Shown here piece after piece: positions 27,231 to 37,464 of a DNA stretch of 64,000 bases. Source of the stretch: Promethearchaeota archaeon (GTDB lineage Archaea; Asgardarchaeota; Thorarchaeia; Thorarchaeales; Thorarchaeaceae); the NCBI GenBank assembly GCA_014728035.1, contig WJMJ01000078.1:96001-160000 (forward strand), in the 5' to 3' direction. Made by a program: the position numbers and the translations under genes. Below the pieces are notes generated by a model that saw nothing but the letters and a program-made list of their open reading frames with translations, made no database searches and was not told the DNA's origin. Within the stretch, counting starts at the first letter, position 1. Every line of letters starts with the position of its first letter.

Positions 27231-30200
27231 CTATTTGGGAGTCATGCCGACCTTTATCTTCAGGTCGTCTATCTCCCACTCTTTAGCGTATTCGAAACTT
27301 TTCCATTTTGGTCTAGCTTTAGGTCCAACAAGTTTCAAACTATCAGCTCTGGTTTCATTAGCCAGATAATCTTCAAACATCTTTGCAAGTTCAAGAGATT
27401 CCATATCAGAGAATCGTACCGTTAGGTCTATCTCTTGCTCAACATTGAGATCCTGCTCTTTTCGCATTACCTGAATTCTTCGTGTTACATCTCTAATTAG
27501 GCCTTCAGCCTCGAGTTCTTTTGTACGGGAAACATCTACATACACTTTTCCAATCTTGCTCTCAGCTTGACTGAGATGGTCTGGAAGGGTTTCTTCGAAC
27601 TCAACATCTCCTGGAACTATCTCCAGTTTCTCTTTTCCGACTTTAACGAAAGCTTTTCCTGATTCAAGATCTTCTCGTAGTTTCTTGCCATCTGCTTTTT
27701 GTAGAGCTCCTACTAACGCCTTCATTTTGTCTTTGTATCGTGGACCTAATGTTTTGAAGTTCGGTTTTACCGTCAATTGAGTGAATTCAGCCATAACATC
27801 AGTCCGTTTCACCTCAAATTCACGAGTATTCAAATCATTCAGTAATAGATCAGTGAGACTCTCCGCACGTTTTGCTATCTCTTCGGAATCAGCAATGAAT
27901 ACAACTTTCGCTACAGGATGTCTGAGTTTGACGCCTCTCTTATTTCTTGCATGACTTGAAGCTGACCTAAGTTCTTCAAGAACCTCGAAAGTATCTTCAA
28001 TTTCTACGTCCAGAACATTCTTGTCCACTTCTGGCATATCTGTAAGGTTTATTGATTCTGGAAGCTCTTCTGAATACTTTGTCAGAAAGTCTTGATGGAG
28101 CTTTTCAGCTAAGAAAGGTGTAAAGATATTCATACATCTGAGAACTGTTTGGAGTACATAATACAGAACATCATAGGCCATCACTTTCTTTGGATTCTCG
28201 CTATCGAGCCATACACGTTTTTTGACAAGAGGTAGGTAGATTCTGCTAAGGTCTTCAGTTATGAATTCAAGTAGAACTCTGCCTGCGTGATGCCAGAGAT
28301 ACTTGTCCATATAATCATGGAATGCGGTTAGAACGCTCTGAACTCGTGATACTAACCACCTATCTTCTAGGTCTGCACCATCAAGGGCCTTTTTCATTCG
28401 CCTCTCATCAAATGTAAACTTGTCAAGCTCCATATACGTATCAGCAAAAAGCACTACATTCCATAGAATGTCCAACTTCTTTCGAGTAAGTGCAATCTCT
28501 CGCTTTACGTAATTCATCCTAGACCACGATGCAGACTTGGTAACTACGTGAATTCTGTAAGGGTCAGCACCAATCTCTTTAAACGCATCCTCCGCCCAAA
28601 CAACATTTCCACGCGATTTGCTCATTTTCCCTCCATCTTCATCAAGTACATGTTCCTGGCTCACACATGCTTGGTATGCGACAGAGCCATGCATGACAAC
28701 GGATGTGTATAATAGGCTGTAAAACCAGCCACGAGATTGGTCAACAGCTTCAGTGATGAAATCGTATGGAAAGACCTCTTCAAACAGTGTTGGGTCTTTA
28801 AGATAATGGACACTAGCTGTATGAGCCATTCCCGAATCTAACCAACAGTCAGTTACAAAAGGTTCTCTATGCATTTTTCCTCCACATGTACTGCATTTCA
28901 AAACCACCTCATCCACCCATGGGCGATGTAGCTCAAACTCATCCGGAAACTCTATTGCTTTTTCTTTTAGCTCATCTCGTGACCCGATAACGGTTTCTTC
29001 CTGACAGTCATCGCAAACCCAAACTGGTAATGGAGAGCCCCAGATCCGAGACCTCGATATACACCAATCATCAGCATTAGCAACCCAGTCTCCAAATCTT
29101 CCACTGCCGGCCCAATCCGGAGTCCAGTCTACTCTCTTGTTTTGTTTTACTAATTTTTCTCGCACACCTTCCATCTTCAAGAACCATTGAGTCTTATCTG
29201 CAAGATATATGAGAGGAGTATCACAACGCCAACAATGAGGATATTCGTGGTCAAGAGTTTCTTGATGCAATAGAAGTCCCTTCTCTTTCAATAGCTCGGG
29301 AACATCCTTGTTTGTATCGAATACATATTTTCCTTCAAATATAGGTACTTCATCAGTAAACCTACCCTTGTTTGTTACAGGTGCTAGAACTGGCACTTCA
29401 AATTCCTTTCCAACTTCAAAGTCGTCAGGACCAAATCCTGGTGCTGTATGAACAAGTCCGGTACCATCTTCAACAGTAACATGAGTTCCAGTTACTACTG
29501 CGTGCATATACATTTCGTCGTGTTCTTGATGAAATGGTACTTCCTCCTTGAATGGATGCTCATATTTCCATCCTAGCATCTTCTTTCCTTTGAGCTTTTC
29601 AACTACTTTGTAGTTTTCCACATTTGCTTTTTCCATGACCGTTTTCACAAGATCTTCTACTAACCACCAATATTCACCTTCAACCTCAACTTTGACATAG
29701 GTCATATCTGGATGAACCGAAACCATCTCATTGGAGATTAGTGTGAATGGAGTAGTAGTCCAGATGACCAAATACTCGTTGTCTTTTTCTTTACGTCTAA
29801 ACTTAACATAGATTGATGGGTCTCTCTTAGTCATGTAGCCTTGAGATACTTCATGTCCAGAAAGTGCTGTAACACATCTTGGACAAATCGGATTGACTCG
29901 ATAACCTCTACCAAGCAAGCCTTTTTCACTTGCCAATTTCAAGAAATACCAAACATGTTCAATGTAGTCGTCACGTCGAGTTTGGTAAGCAGTATCAAAG
30001 TCAAGCCAGAGACCTAATCGAACTGAGTCGTTTACCCATCGCTCAAGATAGAAGTCTACTAGATCTTTGCATTTCTCCACAAATTGATCCATTCCCATCT
30101 CTGATTCAATCTCGCCCTTTTCTGCAAGACCTTCTTTTTTCTCAACTTCTAGCTCAACTGGAAGTCCTTGCATATCCCAGCCACCTCGACGCCAGACATT

Positions 30201-30428
30201 GTATCCTTTCATGGTCATGTATCGGATTTGAACATCTTTCATAGCACGACCTCTTGCATGGCCAACATGCATGAAGCCGTTTGTTGTCGGTGGGCCTTCT
30301 AGAAAGTTCCAACGTGGACCGGACTCTCTAGACTCAACTGTCTTCCTAAATGTTTCATTTTTCTCCCAGTATTTGAGTATCTCTTCTTCAAGGGTTATTG
30401 GGTCATAGCGCTTTGCTAGGGGGCTCAT
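27231..30428 (-). CDS. ileS: Isoleucine--tRNA ligase (archaeal/eukaryotic type)
   Basis: EGPP, HVGH, GWDMQGLPVE, WTTTP, GTGLVH, DWCISR, DQSRGWFY, KMSKS. Confidence 0.96.
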   Translation of the reverse strand: MSPLAKRYDPITLEEEILKYWEKNETFRKTVESRESGPRWNFLEGPPTTNGFMHVGHARGRAMKDVQIRYMTMKGYNVWRRGGWDMQGLPVELEVEKKEGLAEKGEIESEMGMDQFVEKCKDLVDFYLERWVNDSVRLGLWLDFDTAYQTRRDDYIEHVWYFLKLASEKGLLGRGYRVNPICPRCVTALSGHEVSQGYMTKRDPSIYVKFRRKEKDNEYLVIWTTTPFTLISNEMVSVHPDMTYVKVEVEGEYWWLVEDLVKTVMEKANVENYKVVEKLKGKKMLGWKYEHPFKEEVPFHQEHDEMYMHAVVTGTHVTVEDGTGLVHTAPGFGPDDFEVGKEFEVPVLAPVTNKGRFTDEVPIFEGKYVFDTNKDVPELLKEKGLLLHQETLDHEYPHCWRCDTPLIYLADKTQWFLKMEGVREKLVKQNKRVDWTPDWAGSGRFGDWVANADDWCISRSRIWGSPLPVWVCDDCQEETVIGSRDELKEKAIEFPDEFELHRPWVDEVVLKCSTCGGKMHREPFVTDCWLDSGMAHTASVHYLKDPTLFEEVFPYDFITEAVDQSRGWFYSLLYTSVVMHGSVAYQACVSQEHVLDEDGGKMSKSRGNVVWAEDAFKEIGADPYRIHVVTKSASWSRMNYVKREIALTRKKLDILWNVVLFADTYMELDKFTFDERRMKKALDGADLEDRWLVSRVQSVLTAFHDYMDKYLWHHAGRVLLEFITEDLSRIYLPLVKKRVWLDSENPKKVMAYDVLYYVLQTVLRCMNIFTPFLAEKLHQDFLTKYSEELPESINLTDMPEVDKNVLDVEIEDTFEVLEELRSASSHARNKRGVKLRHPVAKVVFIADSEEIAKRAESLTDLLLNDLNTREFEVKRTDVMAEFTQLTVKPNFKTLGPRYKDKMKALVGALQKADGKKLREDLESGKAFVKVGKEKLEIVPGDVEFEETLPDHLSQAESKIGKVYVDVSRTKELEAEGLIRDVTRRIQVMRKEQDLNVEQEIDLTVRFSDMESLELAKMFEDYLANETRADSLKLVGPKARPKWKSFEYAKEWEIDDLKIKVGMTPK

Positions 30429-30701
30429 TATGGACTCCTCTTGTATTGATTGAGATTTGATTTGGAATCAATTCGAGCCCCGTTATAATTAGTTCGTAAT
30501 GGTGTAAACTCAAGATGGACTGAGATTTCAAAGAAGCCAATGCTGTTTAATTTGGCAATCCATCCTATTCACCTATAAGGGCTCTTTGTTGGAAATCCAA
30601 GATAGCTGTTAAAAATCTTAGGCTAACGACTATTGACCATTATCTGCATCTGGTCAAAACTTAATTGTATCAAGACAGAGGTTCATGTAGGATGACACAT
30701 T

Positions 30702-31373
30702 ATGAGCGGGTTTGAAGAAAAACCACTTGATAAACTGACAGATATAATCTATGGTGTACGTGCTCAGAACCTATTAGCTGTCTGGTCTGCTATCCGGAAA
30801 AAGATGGATGAAGAAGGAGCTGAAGCCGTAAAAGATGCCTTTACAACCTCTAAGAAGCGGTTTATAGAAGGACCCTTTGAAGAGCATCTTGAAGTTAGAT
30901 GGGGTATGGATCTATGTCCTCATTGCAATGATTCTAACAAAGAAACCAATGGAATTGCATATCCGCAACCTAATGGCGATGGTCTGGAATTCAATCAATG
31001 TTTGAATTGTCGTATTGGATTACTGTATACGATTCGTTCTGCTAAGGCAACATTAGACACCTATGCGATAGGATTAGGAGAAGCAGGGCAATTCAATGGC
31101 ATGACCATCTTCTGGGACGCCATTGTTCCTGATGAGATGGATGATTTACTTCCTCTATATGAAGTACATGAGGCTGGAAAATGGATTGGTACAATTTCCT
31201 TTAACGACCAGATGGAACCCTCCTTTCTTCCCTTTGAAGAAATGAAAGATGGTGTTCCGCGAGGAGCAAAAGCGCCCTGGACTACCGACATTCCAGAGGC
31301 TTTACAAGCAGCTATTGATGACTTCAAAGATGCAGCCAAGGATCAAATTGAGGTATCTCTGGCTATTAGGTAG
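30702..31373 (+). CDS. Hypothetical protein with CxxC...CxxC zinc-binding pair
   Basis: CPHC and CLNC in a 223-aa ORF. Confidence 0.7.
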   Translation: MSGFEEKPLDKLTDIIYGVRAQNLLAVWSAIRKKMDEEGAEAVKDAFTTSKKRFIEGPFEEHLEVRWGMDLCPHCNDSNKETNGIAYPQPNGDGLEFNQCLNCRIGLLYTIRSAKATLDTYAIGLGEAGQFNGMTIFWDAIVPDEMDDLLPLYEVHEAGKWIGTISFNDQMEPSFLPFEEMKDGVPRGAKAPWTTDIPEALQAAIDDFKDAAKDQIEVSLAIR

Positions 31374-31390
31374 AAGTCAGTCTATGGTGA

Positions 31391-31708
31391 GTGCTTGTGG
31401 GAAAAGAAAAACTGGTTCGGGATAAGATACCTACCATTATTCAAGAAAAGGGATTGAATCCGAGGGTTCGCACAGCATCTCCCGATGAATTAGACAAGCT
31501 CCTCCGAGATAAGATTCTGGAAGAATCTCTAGAACTCCATGAGTCTGGTGACACACTTGAGATCGCTGATATACTTGAGGCCATCTATGCTCTATTGGAA
31601 CATAGAGAGATATCCAAGCAGCAAATCGAAATCATGCGAAAAAGAAAACATGATGAACGAGGTGGTTTTTCTGCCCATCTCGTTCTGGATCTTGAAGGTC
31701 TGGAATGA
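31391..31708 (+). CDS. MazG-like NTP pyrophosphohydrolase
   Basis: KLVRDKIP, KILEE, EIADILE, ERGGF. Confidence 0.85.
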   Translation: MLVGKEKLVRDKIPTIIQEKGLNPRVRTASPDELDKLLRDKILEESLELHESGDTLEIADILEAIYALLEHREISKQQIEIMRKRKHDERGGFSAHLVLDLEGLE

Positions 31709-31714
31709 CCGATA

Positions 31715-32074
31715 TTATATTGCAACAATAGTATTCCGAAGACTTGAATCTATTCGGTCTGTGTCCTCTAGTAGCTCTATCAATGCATCGATTGCATTAA
31801 TATCTAGATCCCTTCGTTCAGCCCCGTACTTTTCAGGAATTCCTTGAGTTGTTACTGCTGGGTATGTTCCATGAATTGTATCACCATTGTCTAGGAATAG
31901 AACCTCGTTTTCCTTTTCATCACGGATGCTTTTTACCAAGCCCGCAATTCTAGCATACCCTCCAGCTTCTCTGATTACAATTTCTTCACCATTCCAGAAA
32001 TATTCATTGTGCGGTTCAAGGTAGGCATGACTGTCATTTATTTGAAGCAATGTTAAATCTCTACTATCGAACAT
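31715..32074 (-). pseudogene. 5'-nucleotidase/SoxB-like metallophosphoesterase with large in-frame internal deletion
   Basis: QINDSH, GGYARIA, DNGDTIHGT present; GNHE and later motifs absent; only 119 aa. Confidence 0.7.
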
Positions 32075-32127
32075 AGATTGACACTCATTACTAAACTATA
32101 GTAAATATGATTAATATATCTGATTGT

Positions 32128-32913
32128 CTAGAACTCTGGGATAGCTGTTAAGATAAGAATCAAAGCATTCAAGGCCAAACCAGTCAGTACGATCCACTTG
32201 AATTTTGTTTCATCTATTCGATTATAGAGAAAGATGCCGACTGCTGAACCAATGAAGAGTGCCGGCATGACAACTATTGCCTCCAATATCAAATCAACCG
32301 TAATCGCGCCGACAAAGGACAATGAAGCTAATCTATAGGTCATCAGCGTTCCAAAGAATGCTGTAAAGACGGCTTTCGTATGGCTCCCTTCCCATTCTTC
32401 GGTTGCTAATAGATATGTTCCATACAATATCATTGGAGGTCCAGGGATTGCCACCGAACCACCTAGGACACCAGCAAAGAAACCAGCCAATATACCTGTT
32501 TTCCAACCTAACTTAAGTGAAGATTCTCTCATCCAGCTTTTTCCTACATCTGTCATACGCATCATGATTATGAGTATGACTCCGATGACTAGGGTTATTC
32601 CAATTACAATCCTCAGAGCTGTTTCATCAAGTCCTTGAAAGAGAAAGATTCCAGTAGGGAGTCCTAATATTAAACCACTAACGGGAATGAGCCAATCTTT
32701 CCAATCGAAGTCTTCACGAACACTCCACCATACTCTGAAGTTTAGTACTATTGCAATGAAAGTAAAAATGATAGATCCTGTAGCTGGGTCTCGAAAGAGT
32801 GGAAGAAGCCCCATTGCAACCTGTGCAGCTCCAAAACCCGCTATACCATGAACAAATGCGGATAGAAAAATCACAATCGCAGTAAGGGCTGTAGTGAATA
32901 AATCAAGTTGCAT
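32128..32913 (-). CDS. TauE/SafE sulfite exporter family membrane protein
   Basis: GIAGFG, GFFAGVLGG...PGPP, about 8 TM. Confidence 0.85.
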   Translation of the reverse strand: MQLDLFTTALTAIVIFLSAFVHGIAGFGAAQVAMGLLPLFRDPATGSIIFTFIAIVLNFRVWWSVREDFDWKDWLIPVSGLILGLPTGIFLFQGLDETALRIVIGITLVIGVILIIMMRMTDVGKSWMRESSLKLGWKTGILAGFFAGVLGGSVAIPGPPMILYGTYLLATEEWEGSHTKAVFTAFFGTLMTYRLASLSFVGAITVDLILEAIVVMPALFIGSAVGIFLYNRIDETKFKWIVLTGLALNALILILTAIPEF

Positions 32914-33092
32914 AATGAATCATATCGTACCGCGTATAATAATCATTGGCACCTCGATTTTGTCGAAACCTTTGGTACTAGCTTTCATACTCTGAAACTT
33001 CGGATAAAGGTTATATTCTCTTTTTGATGACCAAGGTCTAGAATACCACCCTGATTAGTGGTGGTACTATCGCCCTACGGAGCGCGATTACA

Positions 33093-34745
33093 ATGGAAAG
33101 CGAAAAAGTAGACCCAGTCCCAGCAGAACCTATCAAACACACTGATGGTGATAAGGACATATCTCGCTATCATGTTGAAAAACATGAGATGAGGGAATTA
33201 CCTTATGACACCCAATCCATTTGTCCTGAATGTCTGTTGACTGACAATAAAGTACATGTTATAGACGCCACTCTATATGAGGAAGATGGCAAAGTCATGT
33301 ACAAGAAAACTTGCGAAACACATGGAGATTTCAAAGACATTTACTGGGGCGACGTTGATATGTTCAACAAGGCCCAGTCTTGGTGGTACAAGACCGTTGG
33401 ACTTGATAATCCAAGAACCGATACTGTCAAAGGATGTCCAGAAGACTGTGGTCAGTGTCCTGAACACAAATCACACACTGCACTTGCATTGCTCGATGTA
33501 ACCAATCGTTGTAACCTGAGATGTCCTATCTGTTTTGCACATGCCGCTGAATCTGGAACCGTATATGAACCAACTCCAGAAGAAGTATTCGAGATGCTCA
33601 AGAATTTACGAAGTAACCTTCCAGTTCCTGCTCCTGCTATTCAATTTGCAGGCGGAGAACCAACCGTTAGTAAGCATTTACCACAGTACATCAAGTGGGC
33701 AAAAGAGCTTGGTTTCAGACACACCCAGATTGCAAGTAACGCCATTAGAATTGGAAAGAGCCTTGATTATACAAAAGAACTCAGAGAAGCCGGCCTTTCA
33801 ACCATATATATGCAGTTTGATGGAGTAACTCCTGAACCCTATATCGAAGCTCGTGGCAGTAACCTCCTTCCTGTAAAGCAACAAGCAATTGAGAATTGTC
33901 GTGAAGCAGGTCTTGATTCACTAGTTCTTGTTCCTACTGTAGTTCGTGGTGTCAATCATGATCAATTGGGAGATATTGTAGAATTTGCTGTTGAAAACTC
34001 CGATGTCATCCGTTGCGTTAATTTCCAACCAGTTAGTATCACTGGCCGTATCGACTATGAACAACGTCAAGAGATGAGAATCACTATTCCAGACTGTATA
34101 AAACTCATTGAAGAACAGACTGGCGGTAAGATTCCTGCATCTGAGTGGTATCCAGTTCCTGCTATGATGCCTGTTGGTCGTGCACTAGGTCTGATGAAAG
34201 GTACTCCTCAACTCGAACTTAGCTCACACTTCGCTTGTGGAATGTCCACTTTCCTTTACATCAATGATGATGGCTCTTATGAACCCATCACCAATATTAT
34301 TGATGTTGACAAATTCATTGAACTCCTTGAAGATATCGCAAACCTATATGCTGATGGTAAACGTGCAGCCAGCAAACGTGCAAAGGCTAAATTGGCTGCT
34401 GGTGTCCGGCATATCAAGAGAAAGGGCCTCATCAAGGACCTCATTGGCGCATTTCTCGACCGCGGTGACTACGATTCTCTGTCCAAATTTATGGAACGAG
34501 TCATAATGGTAGGCATGATGCATTTCCAAGACGCATATAATTTTGATCTTGAGCGAGTCCAACACTGCGACATCAATTATTCACTTCCCGACGGCAGAAT
34601 CATTCCGTTCTGTACTATGAATACTATTCATCGTGCCAGAGCAGAAGAGCAGTTCAGCATTCCAATAGAAGAATGGAGAGAACGTCGGAAACCAGACAAG
34701 GTCGAAGAGGAATCTATAAGCAAACCTTTTGTTGCTGAGGATTAG
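33093..34745 (+). CDS. tes: Tetraether lipid synthase (GDGT-MAS, MJ0619-type radical SAM)
   Basis: SICPEC...KTCETHG, GCPEDCGQCPEH, CNLRCPICF, GGEPT, NFQPVS, HFACG, FQDAYNFD, C...GRIIPFC. Confidence 0.88.
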   Translation: MESEKVDPVPAEPIKHTDGDKDISRYHVEKHEMRELPYDTQSICPECLLTDNKVHVIDATLYEEDGKVMYKKTCETHGDFKDIYWGDVDMFNKAQSWWYKTVGLDNPRTDTVKGCPEDCGQCPEHKSHTALALLDVTNRCNLRCPICFAHAAESGTVYEPTPEEVFEMLKNLRSNLPVPAPAIQFAGGEPTVSKHLPQYIKWAKELGFRHTQIASNAIRIGKSLDYTKELREAGLSTIYMQFDGVTPEPYIEARGSNLLPVKQQAIENCREAGLDSLVLVPTVVRGVNHDQLGDIVEFAVENSDVIRCVNFQPVSITGRIDYEQRQEMRITIPDCIKLIEEQTGGKIPASEWYPVPAMMPVGRALGLMKGTPQLELSSHFACGMSTFLYINDDGSYEPITNIIDVDKFIELLEDIANLYADGKRAASKRAKAKLAAGVRHIKRKGLIKDLIGAFLDRGDYDSLSKFMERVIMVGMMHFQDAYNFDLERVQHCDINYSLPDGRIIPFCTMNTIHRARAEEQFSIPIEEWRERRKPDKVEEESISKPFVAED

Positions 34746-34751
34746 TTGTTT

Positions 34752-34784
34752 TGAGGATGCCTTGCATCCTCTCTTCTTCTTTCT
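34752..34784 (+). terminator. Hairpin plus pyrimidine tract after tes
   Basis: GAGGATGC-CTT-GCATCCTC then TCTTCTTTTC. Confidence 0.6.
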
Positions 34785-35085
34785 TATCAAGAGGTACTTG
34801 ATACTTCCCAAGTATCTACTTTCAACCACCAGCTACCTCGCTTTTTTTCCATTAATGACCGAAATAATTAAAAGAATTAAATCCAAGTAACATACAGTCA
34901 CATCGTGACTAAATTGAGCGGTATCCTATAAATAAATGCATAAGCAAGGCGGGTTCATGGCTAGTTTTTCGTTACATGCCCTCAATTACGAAACTCCCCC
35001 CTCCTACCACGATTTCCATGAGCCTGCCACCTTCTTCTCCAGCCTCTTTTTGATGAAATGAGACCTTAATAGGAAGAATGAGTGT

Positions 35086-36018
35086 GTGTTCAGGTTGGTA
35101 AAAATGAGAGGTCAAAGAGAGCTGAGAGTCATGCACTTGGATGCATTCACCGATACACCATTTGGCGGTAATCCAGCAACGGTCGTATTGGATGCAGAAC
35201 ATATCTCAAAGGAAACACTGCAGAAGATAGCAAGAGAATTAAATGTACGAGAAACGGTGTTTGTGTCACGGTCGCGTAGTGCAGATTTCAAGTTCCGTTA
35301 TATGACACCAACAAGAGAATTGGGATTTTCAGGTCACCCAACTATTGCTGGCTTTCGTGCATTGATTGAAGAGGGATTGGTTGAGGTTGTGCAGGATATA
35401 AATCAGTTTACTTTAGAAACATCAAATGGAATCTTAGATATTGAAATAGTACGAAATGATACAACTGGCAATCACGAAATTCAGATATATCATCAGGCCC
35501 CAGTTTTTTTGCAGACATATGATCCAAAAGATTACGCTGAAGCTTTAGGTCTCACATTAGCTGATTTCTCATCCATAAATCCAATTCAGACTGTGAGTAC
35601 GGGAACACCCCATCTAATGATTCCTGTATCCACTCAACGAGCATTGGAAAATATTCGACCGGATTGGATAAAATTGCAGGAACTTGGTGAAGACGCAGAT
35701 TATGTTTCGCTTCAGGTTTTTACTGATGAGGTACGAGATGTTACATCTGATTTTCAAGCCCGTCATTTTGCCCCGCAACTAGGAGTTGATGAGGATCCTG
35801 TAAGTGGGTCTGGTGCTGGTGCTATGGCGGGATATATTCTTAGATATGGTTTGATGGATATATCAGTGCCAGTGACAAGTATTGTTGTTGAGCAAGGCCA
35901 CTATGTTGGTAGACCTGGAAGAGTTTTCGTAGAGGTAACAGGAGAACAGAACAAGATATCTCAGATCCGAGTTGGGGGAACAGCTGTAATCATCTTTCAA
36001 GGCAAACTCTTTGTTTAA
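35086..36018 (+). CDS. PhzF family isomerase/epimerase
   Basis: DAFTDTPFGGNPA, ETVFV, FSGHPTI, EDPVSGSG, EQG...RPG. Confidence 0.92.
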   Translation: MFRLVKMRGQRELRVMHLDAFTDTPFGGNPATVVLDAEHISKETLQKIARELNVRETVFVSRSRSADFKFRYMTPTRELGFSGHPTIAGFRALIEEGLVEVVQDINQFTLETSNGILDIEIVRNDTTGNHEIQIYHQAPVFLQTYDPKDYAEALGLTLADFSSINPIQTVSTGTPHLMIPVSTQRALENIRPDWIKLQELGEDADYVSLQVFTDEVRDVTSDFQARHFAPQLGVDEDPVSGSGAGAMAGYILRYGLMDISVPVTSIVVEQGHYVGRPGRVFVEVTGEQNKISQIRVGGTAVIIFQGKLFV

Positions 36019-36076
36019 ACTGCTTTAGCGAATAACTTTATCTCGCAACGGACTGCATGAAAAGCAGTGACATCTC

Positions 36077-37462
36077 ATGTTAGAAAAGATGGGACAAGTT
36101 ATAGAAGAATTTTCAAAACAGTCTGTATTTGCAGATATCCGTCATGAGGTTCTTACAAGATCCAGAATGTTTGTTCAAAATGGGCGTCTAAGAGGATTCA
36201 CTCAACCCTCCTCTACCGGCACAGTTGCACGAGTTCTTATTGGTGAGTGTTGGGGGCAGGCATCTATGACACGGGAAGTGACAAAAGAGCGCCTTAAGGA
36301 ATTACTAGAGACTGCCATGAAAATGGCAAAGGTTGGATCAAAACATACCCGAAAAGAAATTGACCTTTCTAGTGTTAAGCCAATTGAAGAAACAGTCTGG
36401 CAGAGGGTCAAGGAAGATCCACTCTCAGTAAGCTCTGAGGAAAAATTAGAACTTGTAATGGAATTGGATGAAGCTCAAAAAGTCGATGACAAAGTTGTCA
36501 ATACTAACAGTGTGTACCAAGACAGTAAAAGAGTATATCATCTAGTTAATACAGCAGGATCACGTCTTGCATGGGATGAGATACGGACATCAGTAGTAGT
36601 CCAACCTGTTGTTAGGGATGAATCACAAGTCCATTATGATTATGATGTGAAATCCGGCTCAGCTGGATACGAAGTTATTCGGGAAATTGATCCAGTGGAA
36701 TTTGGTGGGACCTGTGCACATTCAGCTCTAAAACTACTATCTGCAGAAAAGCCACCATCGGGCAAGATGAAGGTCATAATGGATGGAGATGTTTCAGGAT
36801 TAATAGCTCACGAAGTGTGTGGACATGCAAGTGAAGCTGATGAAGTTGTAAAAGAGCGTTCATTCCTCACTGGAATGGTTGGTAAGAAGATTGCTACAGA
36901 TATGGTAACAATGATTGATGATGGCACTCTAGAAGGACCACAAGGAAGGATACCTTTTGACTGTGAAGGCACACCTTCATCACGTACAACCATAATTGAG
37001 AATGGTGTGTTTTCAGGGTATATGCACACATTGGAATCAGCAATCCTTATGGGTGTGAATCCTACTGGAAATGGACGCGCTCAGGATTACAATAGACGAA
37101 TCTTTGCAAGAATGACAAATACCTTCTTTGACAAAGGAGACTGGAAGAACGAAGAGATTATTGAAGATACAAAGGATGGACTCTATGTAATTCGAGCAAC
37201 ATCAGGGATGGAAGATGTAGTTGGTGGAGGTGTTCAAGCAAGTGCATTGAAAGGCTACATAATCAAAAATGGAGAGTTGACCCAACTAGTTCGAAGTATG
37301 TCTTTAGCTGGCAAAGTATTGGATATTCTACAAAGTGTTGATGCTGTTGGTGATATCTTAGAATTCTCAGGTGGAACCTGTGGAAAAGGTGAAGAAGACT
37401 GGGTTTCAGTATCCAGCGGAGGTCCGCATATGCGTGCTGAAATAATCGTTGGAGGTGGTTAA
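36077..37462 (+). CDS. tldD: TldD metalloprotease
   Basis: HEVCGH, RMTNT, CGKG, GGPH. Confidence 0.92.
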   Translation: MLEKMGQVIEEFSKQSVFADIRHEVLTRSRMFVQNGRLRGFTQPSSTGTVARVLIGECWGQASMTREVTKERLKELLETAMKMAKVGSKHTRKEIDLSSVKPIEETVWQRVKEDPLSVSSEEKLELVMELDEAQKVDDKVVNTNSVYQDSKRVYHLVNTAGSRLAWDEIRTSVVVQPVVRDESQVHYDYDVKSGSAGYEVIREIDPVEFGGTCAHSALKLLSAEKPPSGKMKVIMDGDVSGLIAHEVCGHASEADEVVKERSFLTGMVGKKIATDMVTMIDDGTLEGPQGRIPFDCEGTPSSRTTIIENGVFSGYMHTLESAILMGVNPTGNGRAQDYNRRIFARMTNTFFDKGDWKNEEIIEDTKDGLYVIRATSGMEDVVGGGVQASALKGYIIKNGELTQLVRSMSLAGKVLDILQSVDAVGDILEFSGGTCGKGEEDWVSVSSGGPHMRAEIIVGGG

Positions 37463-37464
37463 GA

